Below are positions 8,473 through 18,697 of a stretch of 64,000 nt of DNA, in pieces. This stretch comes from Ignavibacteriota bacterium. Its GTDB lineage: Bacteria; Bacteroidota; Ignavibacteria; UBA10030; CAVZMI01. Position 1 is the stretch's first letter. The number at the start of each line of letters is the position of its first letter. Location of the stretch: NCBI GenBank assembly GCA_963776275.1, contig CAVZMI010000018.1, positions 96,001 through 160,000 on the forward strand, in the 5' to 3' direction. Both the position numbers and the translations under genes were made by a program. Below the pieces are notes generated by a model. It was given only the letters and a program-made list of their open reading frames with translations. It made no database searches and was not told the DNA's origin.

Positions 8473-10902
8473 ATGAAAATTTCATTATCCTGGTTACATG
8501 ATTATGTCTCCTGGGGAGTTTCACCGGAAGAAGTGGCACATCGCTTGACGATGGTCGGGCTTGAAGTCGAATCAATCGAAAATCTTGGAAAGCAATTTGA
8601 CGGTTTTGTTGTGGGCGAAGTAATCGACCGTCAAAAGCATCCGGATGCCGACAAACTAACGGTGTGTTCGGTCAATGTCGGAAAGGGAGAGACACTGCAG
8701 ATCGTATGTGGTGCGCCGAATGTCGCAGCCAAACAGAAAGTTGCAGTCGGACTTGTCGGCACAACCGTTCCTCATAACCAACACGACCCGGATGGAAAAC
8801 CATTTGTACTCTCTCAGGTCAAGATTCGCGGCGTGGATTCCTACGGAATGATTTGCTCTGAGTTCGAGCTCGGCGTCGGTGAGGATGCAAATGGGATTCT
8901 AGTTCTTTCGAACAACGCCATTCCCGGGATACCGCTGGCCGACTATTTCGGGCTAAACGATATCGTGTTTGAAGTCGGCATTACACCGAACAGGCCGGAT
9001 TGCCTAAGTCATCTCGGCGTTGCACGGGAAGTTGCCGCCCTTTTCGGTACGAAGATCAAACGACCCGTTCCTGCAATAAAAGAATCCGAAACACCGACCG
9101 CAAAGGTGGCGATAATAAAAATCGAAGATTCCATTGCATGTCCCAGATACACCGGCCGCGTTATCCGGAATGTGACAATAAAGGAATCGCCGGCATGGCT
9201 ACAGCGCCGATTGAAAGCTGTAGGTCTTCGGCCGATTAATAACGTGGTTGATGTAACGAACTATGTCTTGATGGAAATGGGGCATCCGCTCCACGCATTT
9301 GATTATGATTTGCTCGATGAACATACAATCATTGTACGCTGTGCGCACGAAGGAGAAAAATTTTTAACGCTTGATGGAAAGGAGCGAACGCTTAGAGCCG
9401 ATACTTTAATGATCTGTGACGGTAAAAAAATGGTTGCGGTGGCCGGCGTCATGGGAGGGATGAATTCTGAAATCAGCTGGAGTACGAGGAATGTTCTGCT
9501 CGAGAGCGCATATTTTTCTCCGACGAGCATCAGGCGGACATCAAAATACCTCGGCTTGAGTACCGATGCATCGCAGCGGTTCGAACGGGGAGCAGATCCG
9601 GCAATTACCCAATATTCTATTGATAGGGCTGCAGCACTCATACAGGAAACCGGTGGCGGTGAAATATGTAAAGGAGTTATCGACGCTTACCCAAAAGAGA
9701 TACAACGTCTGGTCGTCCCGATTCGGGTCGGAAGGGCCAATGCATTACTGGGAACGTCGCTGACAGATTCGGTAATTTCTGACCTCCTGGCGAAAATTGA
9801 TTTCAAGATCATTGAAGAAAAAGGTGACACGCACTGGGTCGAAGTCCCGTCATTCCGCCCGGACGTGGAACGCGAGGTAGATCTTATCGAAGAAATTGCG
9901 CGGATTCACGGATATGATAATATCCCGGATCAGACTATTGCGTCGATCGATTTTACATCACCTCAGACGCCGGTAGATCTGGCTGATGCCCTACGCGATT
10001 GGCTGGTCGGTTGTGGCTTCAACGAGATTATTACAAACAGCATGCAGGATCCTAAGGTTGCCCGTCTGGGGCACGAAGCTATTATAGAGGTACAAAACCC
10101 GTTAGGTATCGAAATGTCGGCACTCCGGACGAGTCTCATTCCTGGAATACTTCAAACAATCGGGCATAACCAGTTTCATGGGAATGAAAACCTGAAAATC
10201 TTCGAAATCGGCCATGTTTTTCATCGTTCTGACGAGCACAACCCGAAAATACTGGTTGATAATATAATAGAAGAAGAACGTATTGCCCTGGCGATGATCG
10301 GGAATGTTCACTTCGAAGCATGGGACGAACCACTTCGAGTTGCTGATATCTATGATATCAAAGGCGAGGTCGAATCGCTCTTCAAGAAGATTTCGCTTGA
10401 CAAACACAGGTTTATTTATTATTCTACCCAAAAGACTTTAAGTGAATCTTGCATTACTATTGAAATAAGTGACACTTATGCAGGGTTCATTGGAATGATT
10501 CGAGATGAAGTAGCTAAGGTGTTTGATGTCGAAGGATCGGTCTTTGTTGCTGAACTAGATCTTGATCTTCTCCGGCAGCATCGAAGCCTTCGTCGTGAGT
10601 ATCATCCGCTGCCAAAGTTTCCGGTAGTGCGTCGTGATCTCGCCTTTGTTGTCGATGGGAAGATGCATGTTGAAGATATGATCCAGCAGATGAAGATATC
10701 AGCGGGATCGATACTTCGGCAGGTAAAATTATTTGATGTTTTTATTGATGATCGATTTGGAGTGGGGAAAAAAAGCATTGCGTTCAGGTTGGAATTTCTC
10801 TCACTGGAACGCACGTTGATTGATAAAGAGATTGATATGTCGGTAGATAAGATAGTAACGGATTTCGCACGGATGTTCAATGCAGAGCTTCGCAGTGCAT
10901 AG
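8473..10902 (+). CDS. pheT: Phenylalanyl-tRNA synthetase beta subunit
   Basis: HPDADKL, IVCGAPN, ITPNRPDCLS, FERGAD, C-terminal FDX-ACB (FPVVRRDLAF). Confidence 0.97.
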   Translation: MKISLSWLHDYVSWGVSPEEVAHRLTMVGLEVESIENLGKQFDGFVVGEVIDRQKHPDADKLTVCSVNVGKGETLQIVCGAPNVAAKQKVAVGLVGTTVPHNQHDPDGKPFVLSQVKIRGVDSYGMICSEFELGVGEDANGILVLSNNAIPGIPLADYFGLNDIVFEVGITPNRPDCLSHLGVAREVAALFGTKIKRPVPAIKESETPTAKVAIIKIEDSIACPRYTGRVIRNVTIKESPAWLQRRLKAVGLRPINNVVDVTNYVLMEMGHPLHAFDYDLLDEHTIIVRCAHEGEKFLTLDGKERTLRADTLMICDGKKMVAVAGVMGGMNSEISWSTRNVLLESAYFSPTSIRRTSKYLGLSTDASQRFERGADPAITQYSIDRAAALIQETGGGEICKGVIDAYPKEIQRLVVPIRVGRANALLGTSLTDSVISDLLAKIDFKIIEEKGDTHWVEVPSFRPDVEREVDLIEEIARIHGYDNIPDQTIASIDFTSPQTPVDLADALRDWLVGCGFNEIITNSMQDPKVARLGHEAIIEVQNPLGIEMSALRTSLIPGILQTIGHNQFHGNENLKIFEIGHVFHRSDEHNPKILVDNIIEEERIALAMIGNVHFEAWDEPLRVADIYDIKGEVESLFKKISLDKHRFIYYSTQKTLSESCITIEISDTYAGFIGMIRDEVAKVFDVEGSVFVAELDLDLLRQHRSLRREYHPLPKFPVVRRDLAFVVDGKMHVEDMIQQMKISAGSILRQVKLFDVFIDDRFGVGKKSIAFRLEFLSLERTLIDKEIDMSVDKIVTDFARMFNAELRSA

Positions 10903-10922
10903 AACAAGATGATGGAGTATTG

Positions 10923-11255
10923 ATGATCCAACACACGGAATCAGAACTATCGCAGATACATGTTGTTAAGACGGTCGAAGCGATGCTGCGTGGGCTTTTA
11001 GGAAAAGCGCAACATGCAGCAGAGATAATTGCTAGCCTGCGATCCGAGAATCAGATACTCAATCGTCATGTAGAGGAATTGGAACAACATATCACGCAGT
11101 TACAACGGGAACTTTCTGCGCGTGAAATGGAGTTACAACAGAAAGAGGCGAAAGGAAAGCAAATAATCGCGGAAGGTTTTCTGACGCCTGAAGAGAAAGC
11201 GATCATGCGCGAAAAAATAAAAGATTTCCTCGCGCGGATATCGCGATATGTATAA
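10923..11255 (+). CDS. Coiled-coil protein, ZapB-like
   Basis: Heptad-rich LRSENQILNRHVEELEQHITQLQREL; lies between pheT and zapA. Confidence 0.65.
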   Translation: MIQHTESELSQIHVVKTVEAMLRGLLGKAQHAAEIIASLRSENQILNRHVEELEQHITQLQRELSAREMELQQKEAKGKQIIAEGFLTPEEKAIMREKIKDFLARISRYV

Positions 11256-11281
11256 GGCATGTTTGACTACGGCTTACAACT

Positions 11282-11587
11282 ATGACAACCGACGGAAAAA
11301 GCGTTAGAGTAAAAATTTTCGGTTCAGAATATCCACTCCGGGGTGATAACGAAGAACTCACAAAACGGGTCGCATCATATGTGGATGAGATGATCCAGAC
11401 AATCCATGAGAAAATTCCAGAGCAACCGCCACTGACTATTGCTGTGCTCTCTGCATTAAATATCACTGAAGACCTTTTTAAGGAGAGGGATGGTGCACAG
11501 TCATTTCTCTCAACAGTTGAAAGTGAAGTTGCCAGAATCTCTGAAATTTTGGATCAATCAATAGAACCTGATCCCTCCACGCACTAA
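11282..11587 (+). CDS. zapA: Cell division protein ZapA
   Basis: VRVKIFGSEYPL, ASYVDEM, AVLSALNI. Confidence 0.9.
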   Translation: MTTDGKSVRVKIFGSEYPLRGDNEELTKRVASYVDEMIQTIHEKIPEQPPLTIAVLSALNITEDLFKERDGAQSFLSTVESEVARISEILDQSIEPDPSTH

Positions 11588-11654
11588 CGCTGTGAGGGTG
11601 ACGATACATTGATACCACGTTCTTTGTAAAGCAACGACGGTTAGGACATTAAAC

Positions 11655-11889
11655 AACCGCACCGTCAGCCGTAGTCAAACAAAAAAGAACCATTAGTGAG
11701 ACTCAAGGGAGCTCGACTCGTGAGCGTGAATTACAGGCCTCACCTTTCACGAGAAGGGATTCTTGCCATGACTTCCGTCGTATAATGCACGGGACGAGCG
11801 AGTCGGTGGACGTAAAACACGTTCAGGCGGGCACCCACTGTGTATGAAAGAAGGTTCTTTCATTGCACGCATACGGCTGCGATGCGGTT
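11655..11889 (+). ncRNA. ssrS: 6S RNA (probable)
   Basis: Long rod: aaccgcaccgtcagccgta pairs with tacggctgcgatgcggtt, and aaagaacc with ggttcttt. It sits directly downstream of zapA, a typical 6S location. Confidence 0.7.
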
Positions 11890-11917
11890 TTTTATTTATG
11901 GTGAATTCGGAGGTAGT

Positions 11918-13480
11918 ATGGAATTATACATTTTTATTCCATTTCTTATCGCTGCTGCGGCAGGAATTTTCTGGGGCGGGTGGTTGATTAACGCCAGAAT
12001 ATCCCAGGCGAAGATAGGAAGTGCAGAAGAACGTGCAAAGAAGATCATCGAGGATGCTGAGAAAGATGTTGCTTCACTCAAGCGTGAAAAGCTTCTTGAA
12101 GTCAAAGACGAGTGGTATAAAAAGAAACAAGATTTTGACACGGATATCAATGCCCGTAGAAATAAGCTGCAGGCGTACGAAAAACAACTGAGTAACCGTG
12201 AAGAGAACATCGACAAAAAAGTGGAGTTTCTCAATCGAAAAGAGAAAGAAGTGACGAGCCTGAAGCAAGAGTACGAGACCAAGGTTCAGCTGGTGACTTC
12301 AAGAGACCGCGACCTTCAGAGACTTGTTGAGGAGGAGAATCTCAGACTCGAACGCATTTCAGGGATGACCCGGGATGATGCAAAGAAACTTCTCATCGAT
12401 AACATGGTCTCTGACGCAAAGACTCAGGCCGCACAACAACTGAAAGAAGTCCGGGATGAAGCGCGTGATTCAGCTAAGAAAGAAGCACAAAAATTGGTCG
12501 TTCAGGCTATTCAACGGACAGCCGCGGACCACTCTGTTGAAACAACCGTGAGCGTCTTAAGCATACAGAGCGACGAGTTAAAAGGACGCATCATAGGACG
12601 TGAAGGGCGTAACATCCGGGCGTTCGAAGCTGCAACCGGAGTCGATGTCATAGTCGATGATACTCCGGAAGCGGTCATTCTATCGGGCTTTGATGCATTC
12701 CGAAGAGAAGTCGCCCGGCTATCACTTGAGCGACTCATCGCCGATGGAAGGATCCACCCTGCACGAATCGAAGAAATCGTCGAGAAAACACGTAAGGAGC
12801 TCGAAGAAGAAGTTGTACGAATCGGCGAGAATGCACTTCTCGAGGTCGGATTACACGGCGCTCACACTGAGATTATAAAACATCTTGGCCGGATGAAATA
12901 TCGGTCGAGTTACGGGCAAAATCTGCTGCAACATAGCATCGAAGTCGCCTATCTGACAGGAATCATGGCTTCTGAGCTCGGCATCGATACTAATCTGGCA
13001 AAACGGGCAGGACTCCTTCACGATATCGGCAAAACGGTCGACCGGACAGTTGAAGGTCCTCATGCATTATTGGGATATGACCTCGCAAAGAAGTTCGGCG
13101 AACATCCTGTCGTTTCCAATGCAATTGGTTCGCACCATGAAGATATACCGATGGAGCATCCGATTGCAGCATTGGTACAGGCGGCAGACGCTATCAGCGG
13201 TGCACGCCCCGGAGCACGCCGTGAATCGGTAGAAGGATACGTCAAGCGTCTTGAAAAGCTCGAATCTCTCGCACAAGGATTCAGCGGTGTCTCAAAGACC
13301 TATGCGCTTCAAGCAGGACGTGAAGTCCGGGTCATTGTTGAACATGATAAGGTCGACGACGCCCTTGCCGATCAACTGTCACATGACATCGCTGCGAAGA
13401 TAGAGCAAGAAATGGAATATCCCGGACAAATTAAAGTGACGGTTATTCGTGAAGTACGTGCGGTTGCATACGCTAAATGA
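11918..13480 (+). CDS. rny: Ribonuclease Y
   Basis: N-terminal TM, coiled coil, KH (KGRIIGREGRNIR), HD (SYGQNLLQHS...LLHDIGK). GGAGG RBS before ATG 11918. Confidence 0.96.
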   Translation: MELYIFIPFLIAAAAGIFWGGWLINARISQAKIGSAEERAKKIIEDAEKDVASLKREKLLEVKDEWYKKKQDFDTDINARRNKLQAYEKQLSNREENIDKKVEFLNRKEKEVTSLKQEYETKVQLVTSRDRDLQRLVEEENLRLERISGMTRDDAKKLLIDNMVSDAKTQAAQQLKEVRDEARDSAKKEAQKLVVQAIQRTAADHSVETTVSVLSIQSDELKGRIIGREGRNIRAFEAATGVDVIVDDTPEAVILSGFDAFRREVARLSLERLIADGRIHPARIEEIVEKTRKELEEEVVRIGENALLEVGLHGAHTEIIKHLGRMKYRSSYGQNLLQHSIEVAYLTGIMASELGIDTNLAKRAGLLHDIGKTVDRTVEGPHALLGYDLAKKFGEHPVVSNAIGSHHEDIPMEHPIAALVQAADAISGARPGARRESVEGYVKRLEKLESLAQGFSGVSKTYALQAGREVRVIVEHDKVDDALADQLSHDIAAKIEQEMEYPGQIKVTVIREVRAVAYAK

Positions 13481-13487
13481 TAATGGG

Positions 13488-14129
13488 TTGCCTGAAAACC
13501 GGAAACAGGCCCTTCGAATCGGTGTTACCGGTGGAATCGGGAGCGGCAAATCTGTAGTGTGCTCGATACTTCAGGAATGCGGTATTCCGTTAATTGAAGC
13601 TGACAGACTTGCGCGGATTCTAATGGTTCATGATGCTATTCTCAAATGCCGGATCATTGCCGAATTTGGGGAGCACATCTATCATGCGGACGGAAGTCTT
13701 AACCGGCTGGCCATGGCGGGGATAATCTTCAGTAATCCCGATCGACGGAAGCAGCTTGAAGCAATCGTCCATCCACGTGTGATAAAAGAAATCGATCGAT
13801 TATTGGGCGATATAGACAATGCACCATATGCCGTCGTTGAGGCTGCCCTGATTTACGAATCGGGATTAGATAAAAATCTTGATTATATTATCGTTGTGGA
13901 TGCAGATGAACGACTTCGTATCGCACGCATCCATGAACGCGATGGAACAGCCGGGGAAGAAATCCGGCAACGGATGAATGCACAAATGTCTACGAAGGAG
14001 AAACGAAAGCGGGCAGATTTTACTATTATTAATAACGGGACTTTCGCCGAACTGCGAAAACAGGTACTGTTTGTTCATACCATACTAATTGGCCTTGCAC
14101 GACGCATTCAAAAGGAAGAGATAGAATAG
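13488..14129 (+). CDS. coaE: Dephospho-CoA kinase
   Basis: IGVTGGIGSGKS P-loop, LEAIVHP, ADFTIINNG. Start codon uncertain (TTG 13488). Confidence 0.92.
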   Translation: MPENRKQALRIGVTGGIGSGKSVVCSILQECGIPLIEADRLARILMVHDAILKCRIIAEFGEHIYHADGSLNRLAMAGIIFSNPDRRKQLEAIVHPRVIKEIDRLLGDIDNAPYAVVEAALIYESGLDKNLDYIIVVDADERLRIARIHERDGTAGEEIRQRMNAQMSTKEKRKRADFTIINNGTFAELRKQVLFVHTILIGLARRIQKEEIE

Positions 14130-14151
14130 TAATTCAGTAGGAGAAACAGTC

Positions 14152-15363
14152 ATGACCTCGTTCGAGGAAGCAGCAAACTTATTCTTCAATACTTACAAAC
14201 GATATCCCATTGAAATCGATCGTGGTGAAGGTCTATATCTCTACACTAAAAGCGGCGATCGATATCTCGATCTTTTCGGCGGCTTGGCGGTGAACGCCCT
14301 GGGATATAATAATGAAGCTGTGAACCTGGCCATCGAGAGACAGATTAAAAGGTATATCCATCTCTCAAACCTTTTCTATCAAGATTCACAGATTGAGCTT
14401 GCTGAACGTCTCCTTGCTTATTCGCGTTATGCGAAAGTTTTTTTCTGCAACAGCGGAACCGAAGGAATCGAAGGGGCAATGAAGCTTGCACGGAAATGGG
14501 GAAAGCCGAAAGGGAAAAGCGATTTTGTCTCTCTTTCGAATTCATTTCATGGGAGGACATACGGGGCCGTGACACTCACTGAGCGTCACAAATACCGCGA
14601 CGGTTATGAACCGATGCTTCCGGGTGTCTCGTATGCACAATTTAACGATCCCGATGATCTGCGTCGCGCCGTTACAGAGAACACAGTCGCAATCGTTTTT
14701 GAGTGCATCCAGGGTGAAGGCGGAATATTTCCCATCTCAAAGGAGTTTGCCGATGCCCTGGTTGAATTACGCAGTAAATACGAACTCTTACTGATAGCCG
14801 ATGAAATACAGGGGGGACTCGGGCGTACCGGAAAATTTTTTGCATTTGATCATTTTGGATTCCGTCCGGATGTTGTTGTTGTGGCAAAACCACTGGGAGG
14901 TGGCCTTCCTCTCGGAGCAATTCTCGGTTCTGAAAGAGTTGCCGAAACGTTTAGCATTGGTGCCCATGGGACAACCTTTGGTGGAAATCCGGTAGCATGC
15001 GCGGCAGGAGTCGCAACTCTCGAACAGATTGTCGAGAAAGGTGCAATGGCCAACGCGGCATCCGTCGGTGAATATTTGAAATCACGGTTTGAAGACCTGA
15101 AACATGAATATCCCGATCTGATCCGCGAAGTCCGCGGCCGGGGAATGATGCTGGGAATAGATTTGACAGTCGAGGGGACTCCGTTTGTCGATAAACTTCT
15201 GCAACGCCGGATTCTCATCAATTGCACCAATACGACAGTACTCCGTTTTCTACCGCCGTACGTTCTGACAACGAAGGAGGCTGATTCGGCTCTCTTTGCT
15301 TTGAGAGAGGTGATTCAAGAGTACGTCAATTCGCCGGCGTTAGCATCACATGATCACGTATAA
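14152..15363 (+). CDS. argD: Acetylornithine aminotransferase (class III PLP)
   Basis: FFCNSGTE, SFHGRT, IADEIQGGLGRTG, AKPLGGG, HGTTFGGNP. Confidence 0.88.
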   Translation: MTSFEEAANLFFNTYKRYPIEIDRGEGLYLYTKSGDRYLDLFGGLAVNALGYNNEAVNLAIERQIKRYIHLSNLFYQDSQIELAERLLAYSRYAKVFFCNSGTEGIEGAMKLARKWGKPKGKSDFVSLSNSFHGRTYGAVTLTERHKYRDGYEPMLPGVSYAQFNDPDDLRRAVTENTVAIVFECIQGEGGIFPISKEFADALVELRSKYELLLIADEIQGGLGRTGKFFAFDHFGFRPDVVVVAKPLGGGLPLGAILGSERVAETFSIGAHGTTFGGNPVACAAGVATLEQIVEKGAMANAASVGEYLKSRFEDLKHEYPDLIREVRGRGMMLGIDLTVEGTPFVDKLLQRRILINCTNTTVLRFLPPYVLTTKEADSALFALREVIQEYVNSPALASHDHV

Positions 15364-15382
15364 TTCTTTTAAATAGGAATTC

Positions 15383-15411
15383 TTGACAGTAAGGCGTTCA
15401 GGAGATATCCT
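15383..15411 (+). promoter_or_regulatory. Sigma70-type promoter of nadB
   Basis: TTGACA-17 bp-TATCCT, about 30 nt upstream of ATG 15440. Confidence 0.55.
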
Positions 15412-15439
15412 GGACGCCTATGTTATCTTAAGGATCGAA

Positions 15440-17047
15440 ATGGAATATCGGACAGACTTTCTCATCATTGGCAGTGGAATCGCCGGTCTATCGTTCGCCC
15501 TCGAAGCAGCAGAGCTGGGCTGTGTTGCGATTGTCACAAAGAAGGCTAAAGCCGAATCGACCACCAACTATGCTCAGGGCGGCATTGCTTCCGTGATCGC
15601 TCCGGACGATACGTTCGAATCACATATCCGTGATACGCTTGTTGCCGGTGCCGGTCTTTGTCATAAGGATGCGGTAGAAGTCCTGGTAAAAGAAGGCCCT
15701 GCAAAGATTGATGAACTCATCCGCATTGGCGTAGAATTCACCATGCAAAACGGGAGACTTGATCTCGGACGTGAGGGCGGACATTCAATGAATCGTATCG
15801 TTCATGCTAGGGATCTTACCGGTAAAGAGATTGAACGGGCACTCCTTGCAAATGTCATAGGGCATCCGAATATTCAGATATTCGAAAATCATATCGCAAT
15901 TGATTTGATTACGGAACATCAGCTCGGCCTCCGGAGAAAAACGGAAGGAAAACATTGCTGGGGAGCGTATGTTCTTGACGTAGAGAAAAATCAGGTTAAG
16001 ACATTCCTTGCAAATGTGACAATGCTTGCAACAGGAAGTCTCGGGCAGGTTTACCTCCACACATCGAACCCGGATATTGCCACCGGTGATGGGATTGCAA
16101 TGGCCTATAGGACCGGCGCATCAATCGCAAATATGGAATTCATTCAATTCCACCCGACTACTCTCTATAATCCGACGACCATGAGCAATTCGACGACATC
16201 ATTTCTCATTTCCGAAGCTGTTCGAGGATTTGGAGCCGTCCTGGTAAATCGAGACGGGACTGAATTCATACAGAAGTATGATCAACGCGGTTCCCTTGCA
16301 CCGCGTGACATCGTTGCCCGCGCGATAGATAGTGAACTCAAGCGAAGTGGTGACGAGTGTGTATATCTCAAACTCACACATCTCAATCCGCAGGAAGTTC
16401 AAGAACATTTCCCAAATATCTACCGTCGTTGCCTTGAGTATAAAATTAATATGACTGAAGAACTTGTTCCAGTTGTTCCTGCAGCGCATTATTCATGCGG
16501 CGGAGTTCTGACCGATCTGAATGGACGAACGACAATCCACAACCTCTATGCATGTGGTGAAGTAAGTATGACCGGTGTACACGGGGCGAACAGGCTGGCA
16601 AGCAATTCATTGCTTGAAGCAGTCGTCTTTTCCCATCGTGCCATTGCAGATGTGAAAACTCATCAAATGTTTCACGCCGATATTCCGCCTATTCCGCCAT
16701 GGGATGAAAGCGGTACGTTCAATAGCGAGGAGTGGGTGTTGATTGCTCATGACCGGAGAGAAATTCAACAATTGATGTGGGATTATGTCGGAATTGTTCG
16801 TTCAAATCTCCGTCTCGAGCGGGCACAACGGAGAATTCGTCTCATTCTGGATGAAGTCATGACGTTCTACAAAAAGACAAAGGTCACCGAAGGATTGATA
16901 GAATTACGGAATCTGGCAATTATCGCCGATCTCATCATCCGATCAGCACTGATGCGGAAGGAGAGCAGGGGTCTTCATTATACAACAGATTATCCGGAAA
17001 AAGATGACTCCCGATGGTTATACGATACAATTCTCAATGTAGAGTAA
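15440..17047 (+). CDS. nadB: L-aspartate oxidase
   Basis: [56 protein letters not shown]. Confidence 0.95.
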   Translation: MEYRTDFLIIGSGIAGLSFALEAAELGCVAIVTKKAKAESTTNYAQGGIASVIAPDDTFESHIRDTLVAGAGLCHKDAVEVLVKEGPAKIDELIRIGVEFTMQNGRLDLGREGGHSMNRIVHARDLTGKEIERALLANVIGHPNIQIFENHIAIDLITEHQLGLRRKTEGKHCWGAYVLDVEKNQVKTFLANVTMLATGSLGQVYLHTSNPDIATGDGIAMAYRTGASIANMEFIQFHPTTLYNPTTMSNSTTSFLISEAVRGFGAVLVNRDGTEFIQKYDQRGSLAPRDIVARAIDSELKRSGDECVYLKLTHLNPQEVQEHFPNIYRRCLEYKINMTEELVPVVPAAHYSCGGVLTDLNGRTTIHNLYACGEVSMTGVHGANRLASNSLLEAVVFSHRAIADVKTHQMFHADIPPIPPWDESGTFNSEEWVLIAHDRREIQQLMWDYVGIVRSNLRLERAQRRIRLILDEVMTFYKKTKVTEGLIELRNLAIIADLIIRSALMRKESRGLHYTTDYPEKDDSRWLYDTILNVE

Positions 17048-17051
17048 TGGA

Positions 17052-18476
17052 TTAATGCGTATAAAAATCAATCATCCGTTCAATTGCCTCTGAACAAACC
17101 TGGTCGAAATCTACAAGACTCAAACTGAACATCCGACAATCGATGGATGGTCTGTAAAGACCTTCAGAAACATATCCGGCTCCTTCAAATGCACCGACTA
17201 TATTTTTATATTGTGTACTATTCAATATTTCCTGTTCCCCTTTCATCAGTGGTTCTCTTTTTTCATAATAATCGGCAGCGAGACGGTCGAGTTTCGCACG
17301 CTCTCGTTCCAGACTATCATAGAGGGATTTCTTCCAGGGAGTGGGGATTGGTGTGCCGGGGTCGATAAATTTTTTCCATTTAAGATTGTTCGGATCCAAC
17401 AATGCCGTGATATTGGGTTCCCAGGGTTCAATCCCTTTGCTGTAGAAATCGATATAAGAAACCTGCGAGCCATAATACTCGTCGCCGAGTCCGCCAAACG
17501 AATGTCCGAATTCATGAACAAACACATAATCCGGTTGCCATTCCTGGCCGGGTTGATCCGTGTTTGTAAAGCATGTCGTATACAGATTGAAAATTCCACC
17601 GCCTCCGTAGCGGTTATCATTGACTAAAATAGAGATGAAATCGTATGGCACCGCCGCTGCAATATCCCTGAGCCTTCGATTTTCTTCTGTGAGAACATAT
17701 CGTTCACTGTTAAATGTATTATATGTCGTGCCGAGGGTAGAATTCTTCCATATATCCTTGTCAGGTTTATCAATTCCGGATTCATCTGATTCAACTTCGA
17801 TAGTCCAGACGTTGAAGTCCGATTTTCGTTCCTTGAATGGATGTGTGTTGAATAGAACGCCGATAAAATGCGCTACATCGGCCCGAAATTTTTCCATATC
17901 CTTTTTTGTGTATCCATCACCAAGAAGAAGAAGATCGACTTTTTTCTCAGGCGGTCCGTTTTTCATAAAAGTCGTGATGGTGTAATGTGCCTTCTGTGTT
18001 TCTTTTTGAATGCTCCGTGGAACCGACGGATCGATAATGGTGGAAAAAATTTCATGAAAGATCATTTGCCTGTCCCGCCGTGAAATTATGAGCTGGATTT
18101 TCCGGAGCGGAAAAGGAAAGCGAACGGTTTCATGGAAGGTGCGATACATGCCTGAGTTTGCCTCATCGGTGGTTTGCCATTCGTTAAAGATCGTTGAATA
18201 CCCTCGGGAGTAAATTAGGATATTTGTTGTTGCGTCGGTAATGCGGACAAAGTATTCCCCGAGATTTAATGTGTCCACTAGATTTATTCTGCTCCCGGGC
18301 CAGGGCCCTTCACGATAGACTCTGTCCAGGCTGATCGTTTCCTGTCCTTTCGTGCCGGTATGATAATAATCTACCCGCATGGTTTCGTTGTGGAAGTACC
18401 GCTCAAAGTCTTGGGCAAAACTCGCCGAAATTGTCAGAGCAAGGATCGGGACTAAAAAGAATATTTTCCGTAGCAT
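17052..18476 (-). CDS. M64 family (IgA peptidase-like) metallopeptidase, exported
   Basis: Signal peptide, LLLGDGYT, HEFGHSFGGLGDEY zinc motif, GAFEGAGY...YRP...CRM. Confidence 0.88.
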   Translation of the reverse strand: MLRKIFFLVPILALTISASFAQDFERYFHNETMRVDYYHTGTKGQETISLDRVYREGPWPGSRINLVDTLNLGEYFVRITDATTNILIYSRGYSTIFNEWQTTDEANSGMYRTFHETVRFPFPLRKIQLIISRRDRQMIFHEIFSTIIDPSVPRSIQKETQKAHYTITTFMKNGPPEKKVDLLLLGDGYTKKDMEKFRADVAHFIGVLFNTHPFKERKSDFNVWTIEVESDESGIDKPDKDIWKNSTLGTTYNTFNSERYVLTEENRRLRDIAAAVPYDFISILVNDNRYGGGGIFNLYTTCFTNTDQPGQEWQPDYVFVHEFGHSFGGLGDEYYGSQVSYIDFYSKGIEPWEPNITALLDPNNLKWKKFIDPGTPIPTPWKKSLYDSLERERAKLDRLAADYYEKREPLMKGEQEILNSTQYKNIVGAFEGAGYVSEGLYRPSIDCRMFSLSLVDFDQVCSEAIERMIDFYTH

Positions 18477-18697
18477 TTTGTATCTCTCCTGTATGGTGAT
18501 TCGAGGAATAACGAAACTGCTCGATCATCAAACCCAGTTTTGGATGGCTGCCAATAAATGTTAAATGATCGATGGAACCTTTATTAAAATAAGGGAGTTA
18601 GATCGGATAAGCAACAGCAAAATCTACCTTGTTTCAGTTCCCTTTTTTCCGTATCTTAGAGACGATTTTTTTTGTGGACTTATAAAAACACTAATAG

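Noticed and set aside
11840-11917. N-terminal extension of rny in the ORF track
   Set aside because: It overlaps the 3' arm of the 6S-like RNA, and the GGAGG RBS points to ATG 11918.
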